Position numbers and translations under genes: made by a program. DNA of 64,000 nucleotides from Tubiluchus corallicola (Eukaryota; Animalia; Priapulida). The notes under the pieces were generated by a model, which was not told where the DNA came from, searched no databases, and saw only the letters and a list, made by a program, of their open reading frames with translations. Location of the stretch: assembly GCA_030141605.1 (NCBI GenBank), contig JAQGDQ010000032.1, positions 993,521-1,057,520 of the forward strand, read 5' to 3'. Shown piece after piece: positions 1-12,100 of this stretch. Positions within the stretch are counted from its first letter, which is position 1; every line of letters starts with the position of its first letter.

Positions 1-317
1 GCGAAAGCTAAAATAGTAAAATGTAATGACAGTAATTTGATAAAACATACGGTACTTTTCAAAAAAGGTTTAGGGTGACATGAGTAGGAAATACAAAAAA
101 CAACATAATTTGGTATAACTAGCTTCTGGATGCAAGGCAATTGCATCAGTAACCCACTATTCTTAAGTGTTGCTGCAGAAGCAAATCTAAACCTTTGGTT
201 AAAATAAAAAATCCTTCAGTACCTGTAAATTACAGAATAAGCTTTAAACATCACAGACAAGTACATTTATTAACACGACTACCCGCCTTTAAAATGTTAC
301 GACAACTCTATGATTTT

Positions 318-1421
318 TCAATAGGAAGTGCGAATGTGCTGAACGTCTTCCTCACTAGTATCATTTCTTTCGTTTAGTAAAGCAGTCCGTGGATCATCAG
401 CATTGGTAACACTGTTATTTGCATTTGATGAAGAACATGCCATGCCATTCAGTTCAATGTCAGTTTTATTCTGTGCTTGAATGATTGACTGCAGATTAGC
501 CAAACTAATGTTCAAGTCCTTGAATGCATGCAACAGAAAAATGGCTCCTATGATTGTGAAAAATCCGCAAAAGTTTCCAAGTATATCCTGTGCTTGAAGT
601 AAACCCCATTCTTTGAAAAGTATTACAGATGCAATTATGGTGAATGTTGTAAAGAACACATAGTATATAGGTGATACAACACTAGTGTTAAAAATGTCTA
701 AAGCACGATTAAGATAATTCATCTGCACTGAAATACACAGTGCCACTGCAAACACGAAAAAATATGTCAGGGGGTTATACAATTCATTATTAGCACCCGA
801 CAAAGTCTGTATAATTGCTATTCCTAAACCTTTGCATCCCATCACAGATAGGGAACCAACAAGAGAACAAATAGTAATATATATTAATATATTTTTCTGT
901 CCGTAACGTGGCCCATAATAGAATATTAATACTAACGATATAACAATTGCTATAAATGCGTATGTGATGAATGCTGGATCAATTAGTTTATAAGCCAATT
1001 CACGCATGGTATCTACTGTACCTTCTTTAGGTGAATGGATGATGATTACTGTGGCACCAACTACGCACAAAAAGCAACCAAGCTTTCCAAGAATATTCAG
1101 TTTTTCATCTAGAAACTTTGATGCAAGTATAGCACTGACCAGAACGCTGAGAGCTCCCAAAGGAGTCACCAAGGTAGCAGGTGCAAACGCATATGCTGCA
1201 AAATTAGCAAACTCCCCAACTGCCATCATAATTAGTCCAGTCCACCATAACCACTCTTTCAAATAGGCATATCCGCCGTGTCCTGCTCTAGCACTGGATG
1301 TTCTTGAGACCCTTAATAGACCCTTTTTCTTTATTATAAAACTTGAACCAATAAAAGCACTGGACGACACAGCGAGAGATAAACCAATGTAAAAATTCTT
1401 GAGATCAGATGAAGTCGCCAT
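318..1421 (-). CDS. NIPA2: Magnesium transporter NIPA2-like (spichthyin family), 367 aa, intronless CDS
   Basis: Uninterrupted ORF with NIPA signature motifs ([97 protein letters not shown]). In-frame TGA 7 codons upstream of the ATG. AATAAA on the minus strand at 266-271. Confidence 0.96.
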   Translation of the reverse strand: MATSSDLKNFYIGLSLAVSSSAFIGSSFIIKKKGLLRVSRTSSARAGHGGYAYLKEWLWWTGLIMMAVGEFANFAAYAFAPATLVTPLGALSVLVSAILASKFLDEKLNILGKLGCFLCVVGATVIIIHSPKEGTVDTMRELAYKLIDPAFITYAFIAIVISLVLIFYYGPRYGQKNILIYITICSLVGSLSVMGCKGLGIAIIQTLSGANNELYNPLTYFFVFAVALCISVQMNYLNRALDIFNTSVVSPIYYVFFTTFTIIASVILFKEWGLLQAQDILGNFCGFFTIIGAIFLLHAFKDLNISLANLQSIIQAQNKTDIELNGMACSSSNANNSVTNADDPRTALLNERNDTSEEDVQHIRTSY

Positions 1422-2237
1422 TGTTGCTTGCTTAAAATGTCAACGATATGAAGCTCTTTCTACCGTTATCGGCCGTACAGGCTCCAAGAAATCTTTTTCA
1501 GAAGCACTACTCCATTAAATTTTATTGTTATTATTAAAAAATGATGACAACCATTCAGCACTAAATTACCATCAAACTTGCAAAGTGTAAGTTACTGCAA
1601 ACTTGCAGCCAGCTTTTCATTCACTAACAGACAGTTAATTCAAATCGAGTTCATTAATTTTGCTTTCATTATGTGCCTAGATAATCTTTCATTATCTAAA
1701 ATGTACATAAAAATACACACACATAAATTATTAACATTTACATAATACAATACGGAGACCCCTATTTGCAAAGGTAATAAAACGGGTTAAGCACTTAACA
1801 ATGGACATATCAATTATATTTTATTTCTTAATCATACTGTTTATTTTGTAGATATTGAAGCCACGAGTCTACATACATTCCAGAACATGCAACCATGGCA
1901 AAATTATGTTATGTGAATAAAACTGCCTTGGCTGAAGGATGACTGCAGGTAAATTGTGGCAAATGTAACAAATATCAACATCCAAACAGCGCCAGTTTAT
2001 CAGACATTTGTTAAGTTCCTGGGTAAATGCAAGTTGTCATAATAGCCTTTCCTGACTTTGTTGGTTGACAAAATCGGATAGAAATCGGATTGTGTAAACG
2101 TCAAATCCAACATTCTGCGACAGAAATTCGGCTGCATCCAGTAACACCTAGTAGCATCAGATTTTGTTGCCGGACAAAATCTGATGCAAATTGGGTTGTC
2201 TAAACTTTGCATAAAACTTTGCACAACTAAGATTTGA

Positions 2238-2319
2238 CCATCATACAGTCTTTTCTTTTTTTCTTCAAAGTCTCATTCCATCATACAGTTTTTTCTTTTT
2301 TCTTCAAAGTCTCATTCCA
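2238..2319. repeat. Tandem duplication of a ~39-40 bp unit
   Basis: ccatcatacagt(c)ttttctttttttcttcaaagtctcatt occurs twice head-to-tail. Confidence 0.85.
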
Positions 2320-2559
2320 CCTACTGTTAGCATTGAGGAATCAACGTTGATGATATTAGATGGATTATAGTATCGAATTTGCAAACTAACACAATAAAGT
2401 GGGATTTTCCAAAAAACTAAAGAAAATAATTATTCAAGTAAACCAGTCAAAAAGAAGAATATATTATTGCAAGAGATGGTAATCAGTCTTGGAAAAAGTG
2501 CAAGTATGTGGGTACTTTTCTAAACACCAAAGATGATATTAAAAGTACAAAGTGACAAG

Positions 2560-3060
2560 CAATGCATGCTTTTCTTCAGTACAAAAATGTATTAACTAGG
2601 AAGAAATTAAGTCTTAGCATTAGACTTTGATTATTTAATGCTTACGTTACCAGCATATTTATGTACAGCAAGGAAACTTGGGATTTAATGATTACCCAAG
2701 AAAGCAGATTGACACATTTCATAAAAGTCTTCTAAGGAAACTTTGAAGATAGGATGGCCATACACAATCAAAAATGAAGATTTATGCACCAGAACAAAAG
2801 AAACTTCTTGCAGTTCAAAAGTCAAGATACGAAGATTAAGATGGCTAGCACATCTTCTAAGATTACTATATGATGCACCAGTACGAATTGCTGTAAAGGA
2901 AGCCTTAAAACCTTGCAAAAAACACTTGGCAAACCAAAAACAAATTGGATAACTAAGATAAGTAAAGATGTTCAACAACATCAAACAAATTTATCTTTGG
3001 GAGTAAAAGAACTCACGCTGTAAGCTGCAAATAGAAATGGGTGGCATACTCTAATAAATC
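2560..3060 (+). mobile_element. Decayed 3' part of a non-LTR retrotransposon (RTE-like RT C-terminus)
   Basis: Fragments translate as LFNAYVTSIFMYSKETW and LKIGWPYTIKNEDL..RTKETS.SSKVKIRRLRWLAHLLRL. RLRWxGH-type motif typical of RTE-clade LINEs. Frameshifts and stops present; boundaries approximate. Confidence 0.75.
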
Positions 3061-3176
3061 TTGATTCCTCAATGCCTGTCATACAGTAGTACATTGTTAT
3101 CTGTGGATTTGATGACATAATTGTTACATTTTTATCCCATAGGTAGCGCACTAAACACTGCAGCAAATATAAACAA

Positions 3177-6100
3177 ATGGCTGAAACAATTAAAGCGGAA
3201 TCCTACGATTCCGGCCATTCATCTACAATAATTAATGAAGCGGTATATTTGAGTAACGATCTTCATTTGTACGTAGTGTACAAAAGGCGATGGTTTATTT
3301 TAGCTACTTTGACTTTAGCTCAGACGTCAAGTGCTATGGTAATAATTACGAAAATCCTTATCATTAATGCTTGGAACTCAATTGAGAATTATTAATCTGG
3401 CCCCCGCGGTGATTGCACAGCGTCCTCTCTACCAATCATAAACTGTTTGTGCGAGGCACAACACATTATCAATTCTTTCACTTATTTCTTTATGCCTTCA
3501 TTTGCCAAATGGCACATAAGTAAGTAAGTATCTTTATTAGTCACCTAGTAGAAACGATAATGTGATACAAAGTGACAAAATTATTAAATAAATAAATTAT
3601 CTGAGTTAATGATATCAAGTGATTGGTGAAAGGGTGGCGAAAAACTGAAAGTTACCAAAGTCAACTACCCTGTAAGTAATGTTGCTATTAGTAATTAATT
3701 ATATGTGCAATTATCTTGACGAAAATTTCAGAATTAGGTGTAATAAATGGAGCATAAAATTTACATATGGAGCATACCAAATTGCTTAAGTAAGTAAAGA
3801 AATGGTGAGTGTACTAAGATAGAAATATCAATATCATTGAGATTTAGGTTTAAATTTAAACATATACATAAATATGCATACCTAACAGAAAAAAACAAAG
3901 TAATTAAGACTAACAGGCAATTTGGGTATAGACTTATAACATAAAGTACAATTTCAGAAGTAGCAGTGCAATAATATATGTAAAGATGGCATTATTACTA
4001 TTTCCATAGCAAAATTCATGATTAGTGTTCATGTGAGTTGGGGTTTAGATCTTCAGCACATATATATGATAAGTGAGTTTTTACCATTCGTATGTATATA
4101 AACGGTTTGGTAAGTTCAACTTGAGTGGAAAGTAGTAGTTTAAGTTTTAGTTATGTAAGCAATCCCAAGACTAGGTATATAGAGAAATAAGCATGTTTTT
4201 ATAATTTAAGACAAGGTAATTAAGAGATTTGTTTTTGAACTTCTGAGGAAAATTCGTGGGCCTTGGTACTTGAGCGAACGTTGAGCTTTGGTTGTATTGC
4301 ATCTTTTGACACTGTAAGTATTACTTGATGCAAAGCGCGTTTGGTAGTTATGCAAAGCTGAAGGTTCACTCAAGTATCCATTAAATAGTTTGGGTAGCTT
4401 ATGATTCTTGAATTTGAAAACAAATTTAGCCATTTCTAGCTTATAGATATTAGTTATTTTTAAAATTCTTAGTTGATTATAATAAGGTGTTGCGTGGTCC
4501 CGGAAACCAGCAAAGCAGACAGCTTTTACAATTTTATTTTGAGGTTCAGCAACATTCTGTATTACAGTTTTGTTGGCTGATCCCCATTTACAACATTTAA
4601 ATTTTGTAAAAAAATGCATAGATTTATCGATGAAGTATGCAAAGATTTTCTTATCAAATGGCAACTTACCAGGCAAAGCTTATATAAATTTGTTAATTTC
4701 ATAATTTCTTTTTCTTGCATTTGTGTCTAATAATATTTGCATAATGTTATTGCATAATATTTTTGTATGCAAATTTTGTAAATTATTTTACTTATTTCTT
4801 TCCTTTAGGTATGGCTGTCAGTTATGCCAGTAGCTAATTATGCAGCTGCATATTACAATGTCAGTTTAGATGCCATCAACTGGCTGAGTATGGTGTTCGG
4901 TATTGCTACAGTAGTTCTGTCACTACTGACTGTATATGTGATTGACTATGTGGGCATCCGTGCATCGGTATAGAAACTACATTAATTATTATGAAAATAG
5001 GTATTAAGGATGACAATAATATTAACATCTATTTACATCAATGTAAACTCATTGCCTTAGTAGTAAACTAGTAAACTCGGTTTACCTAGTACATCTAGAA
5101 GTAAAGCTGTTCAATTTTATGAATATAGTAAGCAAATGTTTACGAATATATTAAGCAAACTGTGCAGAATAAATATGATTTAGCTCTATCTTAGATTTTA
5201 GTTGCTGGGCCAGCCAAAGTAAAAAAATAGTAGTTCATTTACATGGCATGAGCGGAATAGTAATGAATCTCTATTAAATCTATTGGCATTTTTGATAATT
5301 AATTTAGCACCCAGATGAGGTTTGCACTGAGGTTATCATAAATACACCTTTTCAGACTATCTCTGCTCAGTTCATTAAAAATTTAGTACAACTAATTGAT
5401 TTACAGCTTGTACTTAGGCGACACAATTACCAATTTGAGATTTTCCTAACTTATTTTAGCTACTAACTGGTGCTTGGTGCACAGGCATTGGACAGCTAAT
5501 TCGAGTTCTGAGCCAATTTGAGAGTAATATGAATATGAAATTCCCAGTTGCCATGTTTGGTCAGACAATTGCTGCATGTGGCCAAGGTTTCATATTACTG
5601 ATGCCTGCAAAAGTTTCTGCAATTTGGTTTCATGATGGGGAACGAACACTTGCCACTACCATCTCTTGCATGGGTGAGTACTTAGTCAAGTTAATGTTGA
5701 GATTAGTGACAGTTCAATTTTTAATATTTTTTATAATTATTATTTAAACGGTGCAAGCAATTGATTTTGAGTGAAATCTGTTAACAGTGTTTAAACACAC
5801 ACAATTATAAAAAAATAAAAAATTGTAAGACTCGGTAAAATTAAACAAAGGTTTGGAGTTGCTTTGGTTAAGTCCACTAACTGATTAGACTAAGACCCAA
5901 CTTACTTAATGTATATCTAACCCCATTTTTCAAAGACAAAGGCTACACGTGGTAACATGAATTAGAATTACTTGTAGAAGCAAGTATATAATATTACTTC
6001 ATCTTTTTTGATTTTTGGGATTTCCTAGGACAAGCAGCAGGGATGTTGCTGGCCAACATTGTTTCACCTGCAGTTGTTCAACATAAGGATGACATTCCAC

Positions 6101-9100
6101 TAATGGTAAGGGCGTTTTTCAAACTTGCCACATAATATACGTGATAATATTATGGCAATGATTAATATCACACAGCTCTACCCTTTGCTTTCTGACAACA
6201 AATAACATTTAAAATCGGCATCACAAGAGCTAGTGGTTAGTAGTATCTTGCTTAGTACATAGTACCAACTTATGTTTTGTTAGAACGTCAATCGTGGATG
6301 AGATAAACAGCGTGGAATGTTTATTAGTTAATTTTCAAGTCTAAATTCTAATCAGAAGAAAGTGTAAAGAATGAACTGAATGGCACATGAACTGGCAACA
6401 TCTGGAATATGTTGGACTAGCAGCCATTTTAGTTTATTTACTAGTGTCTAGTTTTTTTTTATGAAGATGAAGGTAACTCCCAGTTCTGTTATGGTGGCTG
6501 TAAATTTGTAAGTTACTGGAGTAAAAAGTAAATATATAATTTACTGTACTCTGTAAGTCATGAACTTCTTGTTGTTTGTTACCTTGAAATATTTGTTTTG
6601 CAAGATAATTTTCTGCTTATGGCTTTCAACACAATACTTGCACAAAAGATTTTCATTATGATCCAGACAAACCTTATTACATTTTAGACTGCAAAGACAT
6701 AAGCATAAGTTTCATGCTCTAAGCACAAAATTAACTGATTTTCTTGTGGAGTTGATTTGAATCTTTAGTGGTAGCTGATGTGTGATTCAAACTATTTATG
6801 TCAACGATTTCATGTATGATGCCTACATCAAAAGTGAACAGAATTTTAATGTAAATGTTATTGTCTTCAAATAAAATTTGATTTATAGGCAGGGCAAATT
6901 TTAAACGTTTAACTTCAATATAAATTTCGCCTTGAAATTTTAGTAATTGCATTGCTATTAGTTATAACATCAGAAGTAATAACAGGTCATTTCATAATTT
7001 GTTTCATTCTACTTACTTAGTTTCAGTTCATTTTTAATACAACTTGGCTACTATCAGCATGTGATAAAACCAGATACAGCTCATTATCAAAGATGGCCTC
7101 TAAGATGTATTCCTCCTCAGCCAAAATCAAGCTATGGCATGAGGGATGAAGCAGCTCTTAGCAAATCTTGAACCCAAATGGTTTAGAGCCAGTGACCAGC
7201 CTCATCATAATGCTTATGACTCATTGCTTAACTTTAGTCACAAACTACACAAATGCATGACCACTTAGTTTTCACTCCCATTTTCAGAATATTTGATATT
7301 ATTATACATGGCTTGTAATGTTTTCCCTTTCTTTACCATTTTAACCATGAAGAGTTGGTTCTTAATAAAAATATTATTTGTACTAAGACTTGGAGTTTAT
7401 GCATATATATATATATATATATATATATTACATTACATGATGTTATTATCTGCATGTTTGTTAGGACATATGTTAAAATGGCAAGTCTCTGGAGAATTTT
7501 TCTGTCCTATGCTCATTACTTACATTTACATTCATGGTATATCCAAATCTTTTCAGGATGAAGTGTTTTTAGGGCCAGCTGCTCTAACAGTTGTCATGGC
7601 CACATTTGGTGTTTGCAGCTCATCTCCACCTACACCTCCATCAAGCAGTGCTGCTGAAAAGCCAGAACCATTTTCAGCTGGCATAAAAAAGGTAGGTTAC
7701 CCTCTTGAACATTACTTACATTTTGAATATATCATAATAACAGTTTTGTACAGTAAACATTTGCTTAGTACAGAGGCATAACAAGGTGGAGGCGACGGGC
7801 AATAACATACAGTTCAATGACTGTTAATTATTAATTACAGATCTGACATTAACAAAACAATTAACAAAAGTTTTCAAGCTACATCAAAATTGCCTAGTCA
7901 GAGATCATCATAGCTGACTTAATTACTACAAACAGCCTAGAAAAAAGGCTAATGTAGTTACTTGTGTGTCGTATGGCTTAGCAGATTGATTTTTTTGGAA
8001 GAAACACTGGCATTTCTCTAACTGCAGATTGTATTATTGTGAATACCTGTAGTGTTCAGTATCTTTCATACATTCAGCTGGAACTGAATGTGTAAGCACT
8101 GTCGTGCTAGTCGCATCTAATGCATTGCAAAGAGTTACCTCTGGTGCAGTACCGCAAGTCAAACTCAGCGTAATTCTTAAAAACAAATATCTTTATCCCA
8201 TCATGTCGAAAAAGGAAAGCTCAGGTGTGCAAAAAACGAATGTAACTTGTGGCTTTACCCACGAAACAAATAATCAAAACATTAAAAGGGTTGGTTGCCG
8301 GAAGTTATTTTGCCCACTTGGCACCACTAACACTTGCTACATCACTGGCTTAGTAATGCCAATTAATGCATTCCAGTAAAATGTGTTTTCAAGTGTGAGC
8401 TGTGCTTTGACAGAAAATAATGTAATTATGTGCATTTGGTATGTTACCAAAAAATCAGTACTGCTTGTCTTATAGACACGCATCTGTTTGCAATTTTACT
8501 GTTCATACTTTAGTTACATTTATTAAACACAAGAAAGTAAGTATTAAATTTTAAATGTAGCTTCAGTAGTTGTACAAACTTTCAGATAATTTTGTCGATA
8601 TTTCTTACTGTTCAGTGTGATATTTTGCTAAAGTTCATAACAGGTTTGCATTTTTGTACTGTGGTGATGTCTACCATGTTTTGGGTATACCTTTCTCTGG
8701 CATTTCCTTTTTCTTTTTTCTGCAACATGCATACAATGGCATTTTAGAGCTTCTCTTTTTGTTCTTCTTTCTCTGATTTTATGCTTTAAGATTTAATATC
8801 GCATCATTTTCCAAATGAAGATATCAGTAATTGTCATCTTAATTTGGAATCTGATAGTAATGGGATGGTTGTAACAGAACGAACTCAAGTTTCTGTTTCA
8901 TTTCACATTAAAGGAATCCTACGCAGTAAAAACTAGTCAAAGGCATGAATTCTACCAAACATTTCCAGCTAAATTAGTTTAGCAGCTTTATTATGGTGGC
9001 TATTCATTTCTTTTGCAGATATTAGAAATTAACGTAATCGATGAAGCACTAGTATTGACTCATTTTGCCTTAGTAGTTTCCTTTGACAGATTAATGATAA

Positions 9101-12100
9101 CTTGTATTATGAAAAGTCTGTCTCGAAATATTAAATGCTGTAAGTGCTACTTTTTTATTTTTTAGTTAATTACTAGCAAAGAGTACCTTATTCTGTTTTT
9201 TGGAGCCGGCGGTGGAGCAGCTATATTCATAGGGTTACTTACTTTAATGACTGAAGTTCTCTGCCCGATGGGATACTCTGATGTATGTTTTTTGCATTCT
9301 GTTGTTTGTATGTTAGCATGCATCATTTATTTAGAAACATGCCAAAAGTACCTTGTACTATTTGAAAATGCCTGTTCAATGCAAACGGGCATTTATGCCA
9401 TCTGACATAAACTGATGTCACAGTCAATTCAAATTTCTTGCTTTTCAATATTAGTCAATATGGGCAGTTTAGAACAAGACTAACAGATTTTTCAGTGGTC
9501 AATGCAAGACTATTAGTAATTTAACCGTGTTGCCCAAAAAATGCTCGCAAAAAGACTGTTAAAGAAATGTTTTCACATAAATGTAGTTCAAGATTCTTTT
9601 AAAATGGAAATTGGTCACTCATGTATGTTTATTTTTATTTGGATTAATTATGTTTGCTGCAGCATTACTGTGTCGGTATACAAAAGTAAAGATGGGCATT
9701 TACGAAATGTAATTTCAATGTGACTAAGTATGTACAACAAAAAGGCTTGTAGGACAACAAGCCACGGTTGAGTAATGGTGCCTTAAACTGTGTCTTCATT
9801 CTCCATATATGGAAACTGATTAACTTTGATTACTAATTACAGATGGATCATTTCAAGAAGGATGCGCTGCTTTGAAACATGAGGATAATGTGTTTAGAAT
9901 TGTCGAGAGAAAAAAATTCGTTGTGAATGTATTTAGGACTTGACTTTTCATCAATTATTCATTACTGATCATGAATCAAGAGGCTGTTTCTTGGTCCAGT
10001 GGCAGCTTTGTCTATTTGTGCCCATTCTATTAAAATCCAGATAAGTGGTTGCAAATTGATTTATAGATAAATGTTGACAAATGTCAGTTTTTTGGGAGTT
10101 TTAGCCACTACGAATTACCGACCTTGTATTGATAGGTTGACTGCTGTCTGTCCGCTTTCTATGTGGCTTCTCATTCTGAATACCTTGGGACTGGTTTTAT
10201 TGAACAATACGTGCTTTAAGAAGTACATTTATTTTGCACAAATAACTTTTTTGGAAATGTCCTCCAAAATTTATATGATTGGCCAGCTTTGGGATCCTAC
10301 TGTCTAGTCTTTCTCTTGGAAAACACTATATATGTATTTTAGGCGGATCTACAATCTGCTGCAATTATGTTTTTCTGAAATTAGGTGAAATTTAATCTAA
10401 AAGTTGAACTGTACCTTTTGCATTGCAGACCTTCTCAGGATTGTGTAGTGTATTTATCATAGCATTTGGAGTATTTGGGGCGATAATAGCTGGAATCTTC
10501 ATTGACCGGACAAAACTGTACACAGAAGTGTTGAAGATCGGATTCTGCATTTCAGTTTTGTGTTTGTGTGCATTCAGCATAGTAAGTAGTATTATCAGTA
10601 ATTAATATAGTTTTAGCATTGATGAACCTAAAAGCGTTTATAATGTTACTAAGTGACAATAGTTCAGGCTTGAAACTCCTTTTTTATAGCAGGTGTCAAA
10701 ATAGTTTTTTAGTTCTATCACCGTATTCTTGCAAGCAGTGCTTAATATAATTTCTGTATGGTATATAAACATAATATACATGTATATTATTGTATTTCTA
10801 CAGTTAAATGAATTCTCTTTACAATACCAGCATTACAATGTCCCACTTGCCTCCCCTCCCTGTGTCCTGGCCTGCTTATCACTAAACCTGTCACTTTGTG
10901 ACTTATTACCCAACCATGATAGAATTCTTACTGTTCAGAGCAGTTTCATAATTAATAGTTATTACTTTACATAAAAAACACATTAAAAGCACTATAGATG
11001 CTACCTGTTGGTAGATTGCTGAAAAATTTTTACAATTAGATTACAATTAAAATACACTTGTATTTAAGATTAAAATAATAGTAATGGTAAATTATGGAAA
11101 TTCTTGATTTGTTTTTATTTATATTTATCAGATAACTAATTAATTATATGACAAATGATCATTAGTTTCCTTTGAACTTAATAAACTTAATTACAAGATT
11201 ATTTTTGATGATAGTACGAACCCATGATTACATTTTAAAGACCAAATGTTGAAAGACAGAAACTGTGAAAAAGTTGGAATACAGTTTGGATTTGAACCAG
11301 ACACTTAGTGGTCTAAGACACCTGCCTTGTAAGCAGAAGTTCTGGGCCAAACCCAAGCTGTATTCCAACTTCACATTTCCTGTCTTTTAAGGGCTTACTC
11401 CATCTTGCTTACTCCATCTTCGAACTTAGTGTTCGAAATACAGTTTCTAATTCTATCATTGCAGAATAGCTTTCTAAAATCATAATCATGTTTTCAGTAA
11501 TTAAATTTTTTAGTTTGAGTGCTAATTAGGGATGTAATTCTTAAACTTTGCGTTCTTCACGTGACAAAACAATATGAATTCATAACTTTGTGCTTCACAG
11601 TTTGAAAACTTAATAATTATTGTAATAATATTTCAAAAATAACTTTTCCTCAACAGTTGTGTTTGCGTCGTGATATGGAGATTCCCCTGGCTGTGTGCTG
11701 TGCATTAATAGGCTTCTTTGGTTATCCATCTTACCCTATTGTTCAAGAGCTAGCTGTGGAATTAACTTATCCAGTTGCCGAAGCTTGCAGTGCCGGATTA
11801 TTAATGGTGTCAGGGTAGGTGAGATCTTATTTTACTTTTTTTATATTTGCTTGCTCTGAAGAAGTTCAGTAGTAATCTAGGAGCCAAGTGACTTTTTTAT
11901 TATTAATAACTAAGAGAAGTTCACTTCTACAAGTCTGAAGCTTGTTTACATAAATTTATTGAATTATGTATTGGTGTATATTGACTCCTTTCTCAGTGAT
12001 GTTAAATCCAGAGCTTTTTAGAAATTGACTAGTCATAGCATTGCATTCTGTCAACCTTCCCAGCTTCGTCTAGAGTCACCATATGTAACCAAATTATTTA

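Noticed and set aside
1006-1266. Antisense ORFs over real genes (also 22898-23266, 29243-29572, 30125-30358) and over the ORF1 remnant (18936-19277)
   Set aside because: Shadow frames of the opposite-strand coding sequence with no independent motifs.
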